DNA of 64,000 nt, taken from positions 34,504 through 98,503 of the IMG/VR virus record IMGVR_UViG_3300027985_001623; one strand, given 5' to 3'. Below are positions 47,837-55,201 of this stretch, piece by piece. A program made the translations under genes and the position numbers. Below the pieces are notes generated by a model. That model did not search any database. It saw only the letters and a list, made by a program, of their open reading frames with translations, and was not told the DNA's origin. Positions within the stretch are counted from its first letter, which is position 1. Each line of letters starts with the position of its first letter. The stretch comes from a virus.

Positions 47837-47931
47837 TTCTCTCCAATAGGTCCGCTATCTTCGACGTTTCGCTTTTCGCCCAGGTTTCGCGGAATTTACC
47901 TGCATCGGTCGCCCCTACTAAAAACGACCTC

Positions 47932-47974
47932 TGGTGCGCCGTTGGGAATCGAACCCAAATTCGCCGGCCGGCGC
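47932..47974 (-). ncRNA. tRNA-like minihelix (acceptor stem + T-arm + ACCA, no anticodon arm)
   Basis: GCGCCG-GCCGGCGAAT-TTGGG-TTCGATT-CCCAA-CGGCGC-A-CCA. Confidence 0.65.
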
Positions 47975-48142
47975 AATTTTTTTGAGTGTGTGCTAATTTC
48001 GCATGACGAGACCTCCTTCGTCGGGCTTCGCGAGCCAAAGTTTCGCGGCAGATTTGGCTCGGGCTGGGATATCCGCTCTACCCGTGCGGTAAGAAGCAAG
48101 AGCCCAATTTTAGCGGCGAGCGCTTGCTTGGCGTGGTAATTC

Positions 48143-48352
48143 CTACGTGTTGCAGGCGATGCCGGCTTTGGCCATCATCGTCGCGTTTTGCAGCAGTGTG
48201 AGCGCGGCCGATTTCTCTCGGCTATCCGGTTGGCTGCTGTCGATGAGGTGAGCGAACGCTTTTGCCGTTTCTCCGATTGCGTCGTACTTTGGGATTTGGT
48301 CGGGTTTTGGCGCGTGGTAGGTGAACATATTGTTGATCTGGTCGGTCATCAT
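48143..48352 (-). CDS. Acb2/Tad1-like helical-hairpin protein (putative immune-signal sponge)
   Basis: FTYHAP..DQ..KY..I...AK.FA.LI....PDSREKS.ALT.L..A.M.A.A.IA pattern; REKSxAxTxL..AxM resembles the Tad1/Acb2 C-terminal helix. Confidence 0.7.
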   Translation of the reverse strand: MMTDQINNMFTYHAPKPDQIPKYDAIGETAKAFAHLIDSSQPDSREKSAALTLLQNATMMAKAGIACNT

Positions 48353-48427
48353 GGTGTGCTGATCTCTGAGTGGTAGGTCGCTTCCTATTCTTTAGGGAGC
48401 GGTTGGATTTTCAAACAAAATTTTAAC

Positions 48428-48506
48428 TTTTGCAATCTAGCGTGCGCCATTTTGCACCGCTTATTGCGCCGTTTTGCAATCTACCGTGCGCCGGTTTGCA
48501 ATCTGT
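48428..48506. repeat. four 22-bp-phased direct repeats (TTTTGCAATCTA.CGTGCGCC), putative operators
   Basis: copies start at 48428, 48450, 48472, 48494 between divergent genes. Confidence 0.8.
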
Positions 48507-48530
48507 CTTTATCTGGGTAACCTAACTCCC

Positions 48531-48809
48531 GTGCCCGAAGAACCGGCCTTGCCCGCGCGAATCCGCGCCTACTATTCCAACTTGGGAGTGGCCCCCACGG
48601 CCATCACTGCCGCCTTTGGGAGAGTTTGCAACATCAGCTACCACACGGCTGCCAGCATCATGGCTGGACAGGCGGTGAGCCTCCCCGTGGCGAACCGAGT
48701 TGTGGAATTGAGCCCGATCGCCACAACGGTCACGGAGCTTGTCGAAGGAACCCATGAACAAGACGCGCAGAAACAGAGCACGCCGGCGCCGAGCCGAGCG
48801 AAGGGCTGA
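48531..48809 (+). CDS. HTH (Cro/XRE-like) regulator, probably leaderless
   Basis: FGRVCNISYHTAASIMAGQAVSLPVA; TTGCAA-16-TAACCT ends 7 nt before GTG 48531. Confidence 0.55.
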   Translation: MPEEPALPARIRAYYSNLGVAPTAITAAFGRVCNISYHTAASIMAGQAVSLPVANRVVELSPIATTVTELVEGTHEQDAQKQSTPAPSRAKG

Positions 48810-49032
48810 CGCAAACTGGCGATGCGTATTCGCGCCCCTGCAAGCTGCGGACCTCTACAAGAACATCGTGGCCCGGCTAGGTACAGCGGTGTGCAGCTCA
48901 CCAGAGTTCGTGATGCGCTTTCACGCCATTGAAGAAGAGCATCAAAAAATACTTGATGCGCTGCGAAAAGCAGAGCGCATAAACCCGGATAAACTTCGAA
49001 CGGAACTAGTGCACCGCACTAAAGACGATTGA
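48754..49032 (+). CDS. hypothetical with Arg-rich N-terminus
   Basis: MNKTRRNRARRRRAERR. Confidence 0.55.
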   Translation: MNKTRRNRARRRRAERRADANWRCVFAPLQAADLYKNIVARLGTAVCSSPEFVMRFHAIEEEHQKILDALRKAERINPDKLRTELVHRTKDD

Positions 49033-49053
49033 ACAACCCTGTACGAGTAAACC

Positions 49054-49254
49054 ATGTTAGGCATTAAAATCATAATCACACTCGCCACCGTGCTCTACAC
49101 GCAGCACTTGGTAATTCGACTTTTTGGGAGCCTCGGTAAAGGAGACAAAAATATCACCGTTCTCTGGATCGTACTCCTCATAACAACCACCATCGGCGTA
49201 GTTGCAGGCGTAGAGTTGGGGGGCATTGTTTGTTCTTTGCTTCAACGAATTTAG
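49054..49254 (+). CDS. two-TM membrane protein
   Basis: two hydrophobic stretches in 66 aa. Confidence 0.55.
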   Translation: MLGIKIIITLATVLYTQHLVIRLFGSLGKGDKNITVLWIVLLITTTIGVVAGVELGGIVCSLLQRI

Positions 49255-49270
49255 AGGGTGGGCGTAGTTG

Positions 49271-49486
49271 ATGTCCACTGATTGCAAAAAGACCGCATAC
49301 GAGGCAGAGCTCGGCTTTTTAACCGATGCTATGCTTGAAGTCGCGCGACACCGCTTAGCGGCTATCATTGCGGCGCACCCTACAGAGTCTTTGAACGAAC
49401 AATTTCGATTTTACGAAACTGTAAGTGACAGAGAACTCACTATTGAAATAAATCTGCGTGACGTAAGCCGCATTTTAGCCCTATGA
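49271..49486 (+). CDS. hypothetical protein
   Basis: ORF in plus-strand island. Confidence 0.5.
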   Translation: MSTDCKKTAYEAELGFLTDAMLEVARHRLAAIIAAHPTESLNEQFRFYETVSDRELTIEINLRDVSRILAL

Positions 49487-49636
49487 GCGGATTTCTTACC
49501 GCATCATCACACCAGACACAAAGCTTGAAACGAGTTTACAAGATGTACCTAGACCTTTGGCCATGGACAAATTCTTTCATTCACGCACTGAATTCCTTGG
49601 GAATTGACTGCAAGGAACTCCCTGGGCGCTCCGAAG

Positions 49637-49978
49637 ATGACGACTGAAGCGCGAGAGTATTTGCTCATCGGCTATGATGCGTTCGAAACCGTTTTCCGTG
49701 AAAACGGTGTTTACACGATCTGCTTATGGATGGACTGCGATGAGGACTTCAAAGAGGATGGAGCGGGCTACGAGTGGTTTTACGAGATCGATCTGCTAGA
49801 AATCGATGCGCGACGCATCGCTAAAGCAGGCGGCACTACGGCGCCTAAACTCTACGAAATCATTAGAACCGCACCTGAGATCCGCATCTACAAATATCAA
49901 TGGCGACAAGATTGGATTCTCGATCGAACATGCACGTTCGAGACGTTTCCGAAAGACTGCCTACCCAAAAAAGAATAA
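49637..49978 (+). CDS. hypothetical acidic protein
   Basis: ATG 49637. Confidence 0.55.
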   Translation: MTTEAREYLLIGYDAFETVFRENGVYTICLWMDCDEDFKEDGAGYEWFYEIDLLEIDARRIAKAGGTTAPKLYEIIRTAPEIRIYKYQWRQDWILDRTCTFETFPKDCLPKKE

Positions 49979-49982
49979 GCAC

Positions 49983-50291
49983 ATGCCTAAAAACAAAGAA
50001 ATCATAATTCGCGTGAGCGGTGTGGCCGGATGTGGTAAATCCGCGGTTATGGCCATTATCGCAAAAGCTCTTCAAGACGCCGGGTTCACGTCAGTGACTC
50101 AGCAACATCTCGATCAAGAGCCGTACAGCGTTGTCCGGGCGCTCGATATCGCGACGAGCGTCCGTGATTGCAAGCTGTCTATTCAAGAGCACTACATCGG
50201 CCGTGAGTTGCTAGTTCTCGACGATCCGCCGCGCGACCCAGAAGAAGTCCGAAGTCAAATGGGCGCCGTGCGGGCGTGGGCTCGAAAATAA
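49983..50291 (+). CDS. small P-loop protein
   Basis: IIIRVSGVAGCGKS Walker A; only 102 aa. Confidence 0.6.
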   Translation: MPKNKEIIIRVSGVAGCGKSAVMAIIAKALQDAGFTSVTQQHLDQEPYSVVRALDIATSVRDCKLSIQEHYIGRELLVLDDPPRDPEEVRSQMGAVRAWARK

Positions 50292-50318
50292 AAAACCACC
50301 CGCACAATTGCGGGTGGT
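50291..50318. terminator. terminator between convergent genes
   Basis: ACCACCCGCA-CAAT-TGCGGGTGGT with flanking A-tract (T-tract on minus strand). Confidence 0.75.
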
Positions 50319-50449
50319 CGATGGAATGAGTCGACTGAGCGTCTTGGAGAAGACGCCTTTGAAGCTAGCACCCGAAATTCGAACAGTCAATACCGGGCGT
50401 CAAAGTTTTCCAGCAGGGCTAAGCCTAGCCCTGCTAACCTTTCTGCCCT

Positions 50450-50623
50450 CTAAGGCCATCGCGTCCAAACCATGTAAAAAATAATCGCCGCGAGGACAAG
50501 GTGGACCAAAGAGAACCACCGAAACCCTGGGTCCCTCCGGCCCATTTTCCAGCACTCCCAGGCTGACCAAAGAGTCATTGCAGCCATGCACAAAAGGAAA
50601 GCTATGAGACGGGGGCTGCTCAT
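50450..50623 (-). CDS. small two-TM membrane protein
   Basis: MSSPRLIAFLLCMAAMTLW...FSLVHLVLAAIIFYMVW. Confidence 0.55.
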   Translation of the reverse strand: MSSPRLIAFLLCMAAMTLWSAWECWKMGRRDPGFRWFSLVHLVLAAIIFYMVWTRWP

Positions 50624-51087
50624 CTTTGTCTCCTCGCCAGCTTTCGGGTTTCTTCCTCGTCGATAATTTCGCGTTGCATCTTCCGCAGTGCATCCCGTAT
50701 CGGAATCATCATCGGCACATACAGGTGCTCCAGTCGATCGACACCGTGGGTTTTCTTCCCAGCAACCCCGAAGGATATCCACCCCGTGGTGGAAACTTTC
50801 AAGGTAAAGGTGATCTCTCGATTCTTGCGCCTCGTTATCTTATCCCGAACGTCTGGGAAGACTGCCTCTCGCAGTGGCCCAGCCGGGGGTCTGTCAGCCT
50901 CCACGCAGTCGAGCGTAATAATCCGGTACTTCGCTTTGGATGCCGGAGAACGTTTTACCCACACGCCTAACGCCTCGATAGCTTCTCCAAGCGTTCGAAA
51001 CGTTTGGCTTCCGAGAGGGAGCGTTAAGTCGCTACTGTTCGCGGATTCTTTGGCTACAGCGAATCGCTTGGTTCCCATTTTACTCAT
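50620..51087 (-). CDS. hypothetical protein
   Basis: coupled ORF. Confidence 0.55.
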   Translation of the reverse strand: MSKMGTKRFAVAKESANSSDLTLPLGSQTFRTLGEAIEALGVWVKRSPASKAKYRIITLDCVEADRPPAGPLREAVFPDVRDKITRRKNREITFTLKVSTTGWISFGVAGKKTHGVDRLEHLYVPMMIPIRDALRKMQREIIDEEETRKLARRQR

Positions 51088-51547
51088 TTTCGACGCGCAT
51101 CCTTTCTCGAAAGTTTCGGTCGAGGGTGTCTACCCGGCTCCTCATTTCGTCCAACAATGTGCGCAGTTCGTGGCGATGTATCATTGCTTCGGTGGGGGTC
51201 TTGTAGCAATAGCGCTCGATGTATGTCGCCAGGGAGTGGAGTTTAGCCACTATGTCGTCTGAGACAACCCTGAGTCTTTGTCTCTGCACCGCGAGGTTCC
51301 CGGCGGTGTCATCCATCTCCTCGAAGGTGGGAGGCGGGCGAAAACTCCATGCGGTCTTGGACTTCTCACGCAATGTATCCTTGTCGACTCGTATTTCGCT
51401 ACTCATATACTCATCACGGAGTATATAGAGGGTGCGTGTCTCCCGAGCCAAAGCATAAACGACACCGGTCCGAAGCCGTCTAAAGTACCGCGGCACCTTC
51501 GGTTCTCTACCCTTTTTTGTTGCTTTTTTAGCGTTCTTCTCCGTCAT
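51080..51547 (-). CDS. hypothetical protein
   Basis: ATG 51547. Confidence 0.55.
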   Translation of the reverse strand: MTEKNAKKATKKGREPKVPRYFRRLRTGVVYALARETRTLYILRDEYMSSEIRVDKDTLREKSKTAWSFRPPPTFEEMDDTAGNLAVQRQRLRVVSDDIVAKLHSLATYIERYCYKTPTEAMIHRHELRTLLDEMRSRVDTLDRNFRERMRVENE

Positions 51548-51560
51548 CGTGGCTTTTCTT

Positions 51561-51893
51561 TCAGTAGTCGAGCAAGTATTTTTGGTAGTGGTCACATGCG
51601 GCCAGTACCGCGTTGTCGGTCTCCAATTTTCGGGCCCGGGCTTTCCACTCCTCCGTGGTGAGGACCTCAGATGGTAGTTCTTCAAAGATGTTCATGGCCT
51701 CACCGGAGTGCGTCGGGGTCGTAACTCTCGCGCTCCGGCGTCTCCACATCAACAAAGTGGCCCGCCGCCTCGTTATTTGCGACGCCCTGATCTTCTTCGA
51801 CTTTAAGAAGCTAGTTTTTGTGCCATGGGGTAGGGAGTCGAGCTCGCGAATGATTGCGATTCTCGTGTCCCAAGTGATGTCACGCGAACCCAT
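51561..51893 (-). CDS. HTH-like protein with coiled coil
   Basis: KTSFLKSKKIRASQITRRR...RARKLETDN. Confidence 0.45.
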   Translation of the reverse strand: MGSRDITWDTRIAIIRELDSLPHGTKTSFLKSKKIRASQITRRRATLLMWRRRSARVTTPTHSGEAMNIFEELPSEVLTTEEWKARARKLETDNAVLAACDHYQKYLLDY

Positions 51894-51895
51894 AA

Positions 51896-52213
51896 TCAGC
51901 CCAACTCGGCATCATCGCCATCCGAGTCGTCCGAGTCGTCCGAGTCGTCCTCCCCAAGGGCTTTGAAACCAACGGTGAGCACGTACATTTTACCGTTTAT
52001 TTCCGTTTCGAGCTCTCTCGAAACGCTGGCGTAGAGCCCTTCTGACGCGTAAAACTCCTCGTATTTGACCACCAGTTCCTCGAATACCTTCTGGTCAACG
52101 CTAGCCACCATAGACCGGGCTAATTTGCCGAATAGCTTTCCGTACTCGGCGAAAAATTTTGTGTAGTCTAAACCCTCTTGTTTCTGTTCTTCTTGTGTCA
52201 TGATAACGCTCAT
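51896..52213 (-). CDS. hypothetical with DDS-repeat acidic tail
   Basis: (GAGTCGTCC)x3 at 51924-51950. Confidence 0.6.
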   Translation of the reverse strand: MSVIMTQEEQKQEGLDYTKFFAEYGKLFGKLARSMVASVDQKVFEELVVKYEEFYASEGLYASVSRELETEINGKMYVLTVGFKALGEDDSDDSDDSDGDDAELG

Positions 52214-52443
52214 TTCAACTTTTCTTCCTCAGGGTCCACGACTATCCCGTTTTTCACGCACACCGAAGCAGTGTGTGACCACGGCGTGCGCCCGCCAGTT
52301 ACGGGAACTTCAATTACACGCGCGCCGACGCTTTCGCATTTTTGTGCGTACTCGCGGTTGGTGTGATAACCCCAACCGATCAGCGCGAGACATAGGACGA
52401 TAGCGAAGATTAGCGGCCCGTTTGCGTGCATTTTTGTGCTCAT
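52210..52443 (-). CDS. small membrane/secreted protein
   Basis: N-terminal TM, C..VG...C pair. Confidence 0.6.
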   Translation of the reverse strand: MSTKMHANGPLIFAIVLCLALIGWGYHTNREYAQKCESVGARVIEVPVTGGRTPWSHTASVCVKNGIVVDPEEEKLK

Positions 52444-52727
52444 GATTCTCCTTCTCCACACGTGTGCTCCGTGCTGGTGAGCGCGTCGCGAATGATGCGG
52501 CTGCCCAACCCAGCAGCGATAAGCGCCCCATGACTTGACTCGTCAAGCCAAGCTATGGCGCAGTGATATCGATTACCGTTGTCCACCGTTCGCGTGGTCC
52601 AGCCGAGTGCCAGCACGTCGCACTCGCCCGCGAGCACGGCGTCGCGAACTCGGTCGAGGTCGGCTAGCATGGCCGCGCGACCTGTCGGGGCATACCCGAA
52701 CTGCTGTCCAATTTGGCGTACGCTCAT
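52440..52727 (-). CDS. hypothetical protein
   Basis: ATG 52727. Confidence 0.5.
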   Translation of the reverse strand: MSVRQIGQQFGYAPTGRAAMLADLDRVRDAVLAGECDVLALGWTTRTVDNGNRYHCAIAWLDESSHGALIAAGLGSRIIRDALTSTEHTCGEGES

Positions 52728-52768
52728 GTCTTTTCCTTTAGCATAGCTCGAACTACCCGTTCGGACCG

Positions 52769-52984
52769 TTACCGAGAGTCCAGATCGAGTTCGCAGTACT
52801 CCGAACTGGTCGCGAGTAGATGGTCGTAGTCGCCGCTTTTTGCTCGTGCACGATATTCGTCCACGACCGCGGGCGGCACATCTGCGCGCTTGAGTGCCTT
52901 CACGCAAGCTGTTATGATAGCCCAAGCGTTTCCATCGAAAATAACGGCTGGAGGTTTCTTTATTTTGGTTCCGGGGACGTACAT
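52769..52984 (-). CDS. conserved-type small phage protein
   Basis: DGNAWAII...ALKRA...SGDYDHLL motif. Confidence 0.7.
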   Translation of the reverse strand: MYVPGTKIKKPPAVIFDGNAWAIITACVKALKRADVPPAVVDEYRARAKSGDYDHLLATSSEYCELDLDSR

Positions 52985-53952
52985 TTTAAGTTCTCCGATG
53001 ATTCGTATTCAAGGCATTGGGCAACTTGTTGAAACCACGCCGCGGCCTCGCGAACCTGATCGGCTGACAGCGAGAGCAGCAATTCGGCACTTCCACCCAT
53101 CGTAAACGTGTACATTCCCACAAAACGCCCTTCGCCCACTGTAAGTGTGGTCAACGTCACGCGTCGATCTAAATGCGAAAGTCTGAGCGGGTCCGGAGCG
53201 GCCGGCTGACCTCTTTTGGGACACTCTCGATTTTTCAACTTACCCGTGCCTCCGCATCGAGCCAGCAAAGCGCACACCAGCTTTTGGCTCTCTGCAAGCG
53301 CATGTTTGTGTTGGTCAACAATGGCGCCTTGCGCTTTAGTCGTTTCACGAAACTCATGACACTTTTCGTTGAACTGTTTTAACAGTTCATCGTAAAGTTG
53401 TTTTGCCCCTTTAAGACCTTGCCGGAGCACGCTCTCCTCGTGTTTCCAGTGCTTGCAAGAGTCAGCGATGACGCGTAGCGTTCGCACCTCGTCGCAAACT
53501 TCATGGTATTTTTCCGGTATTTCACGCACAAACTTGTCGTAGCGTTGTTGCGAAGCTTCAAGTTCTTGCGTCAGACTTTTGATTTTCTCGGTGAGCTTCT
53601 GGTTTTCCAGTACGGCGAGGGCACATCGAGCTGGCCACGATTCGGCCGGTTCTTGCACGTCGCTGCTTTCTTCGGAGGCCACGGGCTGGACTTGCTCAGG
53701 CTGCTCTCTCGAACCTGAGATTACATCGATGACCAAATCACGTTCGCCGAACGGAACTAGCCATCGATTTGTGTAACGTGCGTTATCTCCAAGCTCTCCC
53801 CACAAGTGTTTACCCGTCGTTCCCAGAAGCATCGGCACGGCGCTTTCAATATCGTCTTCGTAAACAACGAAGATGCCAGGCCGTTTGGTGTACCCCGCGT
53901 ACGCAGCATGGATAAGATCGATGAAGCTCAATTTCTTTTTTTCTTCGTGCAT
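52960..53952 (-). CDS. coiled-coil protein
   Basis: 330 aa, central heptads. Confidence 0.65.
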   Translation of the reverse strand: MHEEKKKLSFIDLIHAAYAGYTKRPGIFVVYEDDIESAVPMLLGTTGKHLWGELGDNARYTNRWLVPFGERDLVIDVISGSREQPEQVQPVASEESSDVQEPAESWPARCALAVLENQKLTEKIKSLTQELEASQQRYDKFVREIPEKYHEVCDEVRTLRVIADSCKHWKHEESVLRQGLKGAKQLYDELLKQFNEKCHEFRETTKAQGAIVDQHKHALAESQKLVCALLARCGGTGKLKNRECPKRGQPAAPDPLRLSHLDRRVTLTTLTVGEGRFVGMYTFTMGGSAELLLSLSADQVREAAAWFQQVAQCLEYESSENLKCTSPEPK

Positions 53953-53964
53953 GTTTGTCGTCCT

Positions 53965-54366
53965 CTAAATATTTTCACTGAATACGTGCCAAGCGGCTTT
54001 GCAGAGCGTGAGGCGCTCTTGAATGTGGTAAGGTAAGAAAAGCCGCGACCACTTACGGCGCCAGTCGTCCTCGCAAACGGCTAAGCGCACGCATGTGCAA
54101 TGTGCGAGTGCATGAACGGTCTGCGCAACAAACGGCCGGTAGATGTGCGCTTCACTGGAACGCAGCCCGGTCACCAAAGCCTCCGCTAATCTTGCGCTGG
54201 CACGGAGCCACGTAGCTGCCACGAGCTGGTAGCGGCCGATTGTTGACGCCGTCGGTGATTCGGCGGCTCTGTATTTCGCCTCTTGTTCTTTGTAGAGGCG
54301 CCATAAAACAGCTTCAAGAGTGAACAGTCGCGCAACTTTTAGTTTCTTTTCAAGTTTCACAGACAT
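53965..54366 (-). CDS. hypothetical protein
   Basis: ATG 54366. Confidence 0.5.
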   Translation of the reverse strand: MSVKLEKKLKVARLFTLEAVLWRLYKEQEAKYRAAESPTASTIGRYQLVAATWLRASARLAEALVTGLRSSEAHIYRPFVAQTVHALAHCTCVRLAVCEDDWRRKWSRLFLPYHIQERLTLCKAAWHVFSENI

Positions 54367-55177
54367 TGAACACCTCAATAGTCCATGGAGCTCCGCTGCT
54401 TGTGCCGCAAAACGTGACAACGTCTCCAGTTTGTTCGATAAACGAGGAAATAGCCCCCAGAAACGCGATTCCTTGGACAGAGAAGCGCTCTACGGCTACT
54501 TTGAGTGAGGCGCTTGGGTCTTTTCGGTAACTCGCGGCTGCCTCCGCCACGAGTTGCTCAATTTTTTCGAATCGAACTCCGAGGCGTGTCATAAGAAGCT
54601 CCGCAGCGCTCAGCTCTTTCTGACTAGGCGCCTCTTTAGGAGGCGCCTTCTCGTTTTGGCCCGCATCGTAGTCCGCAAAAAACATTGGTGCCACGTCGGC
54701 GACTTGCACTTCCCACGATGGTCCCCAAAATGTGGCCACCACACGCCCCGTGAGTGAAACCTCGAAGTGCGCTTTGCTGGCCTCACGACCCAAGTCGTAA
54801 AGCGCCTTGTCCGTTATGTCCGACCGGAAAATCGGATACTTCGAATTGTGCGCCTTCGCGAGCGCGACCGAGGTGTAGGTCGCGTGGGGGCTCACGGTCT
54901 GGTCAGGTACAGGATAAAGCATCACCAGGGTCCAAACGTGCTTGCTCGTCGGGCTTAACGGGCTTCGAAAAATCCGAAGCGGCGCCCCCTCTGGTGTGCC
55001 GTCGACAGCCGACGGCACGTTCGACGTCAAAACGAAGATTCGCTCTTCTTCCGAAAGGTCCACGTAGTTGAAGTAAACCGGTGCCCCGCCGGCTGCTACT
55101 GACTCGCGAGCCAAGTGTCGGAATTTCGCGGGGATCTTTTGGTCAGGGTTGTTCGGGATGAGGCTAGTGATGTTCAT
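54350..55177 (-). CDS. hypothetical protein
   Basis: 275-aa ORF. Confidence 0.65.
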   Translation of the reverse strand: MNITSLIPNNPDQKIPAKFRHLARESVAAGGAPVYFNYVDLSEEERIFVLTSNVPSAVDGTPEGAPLRIFRSPLSPTSKHVWTLVMLYPVPDQTVSPHATYTSVALAKAHNSKYPIFRSDITDKALYDLGREASKAHFEVSLTGRVVATFWGPSWEVQVADVAPMFFADYDAGQNEKAPPKEAPSQKELSAAELLMTRLGVRFEKIEQLVAEAAASYRKDPSASLKVAVERFSVQGIAFLGAISSFIEQTGDVVTFCGTSSGAPWTIEVFNVCET

Positions 55178-55201
55178 GACTCTCTTCTCTTTGGTCCGAA
55201 A

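Noticed and set aside
47845-47905. c-di-GMP-I/cGAMP (GEMM) riboswitch
   Set aside because: Words GGTAAA, GAAAAGC and GATAGCGG look similar, but the required P2 stem does not pair; would need cmscan to revisit.
47850-47931. HDV-like (theta) or hammerhead ribozyme after the CCA
   Set aside because: Nested P1/P2/P3 pairings and the CUGANGA core could not be built.
47932-47974. Functional tRNA gene
   Set aside because: Only 43 nt; no anticodon arm.
47837-48142. tmRNA (one- or two-piece)
   Set aside because: No G3:U70 alanine determinant; the acceptor 5' strand is only 10 nt from the T-arm; no tag-like ORF.
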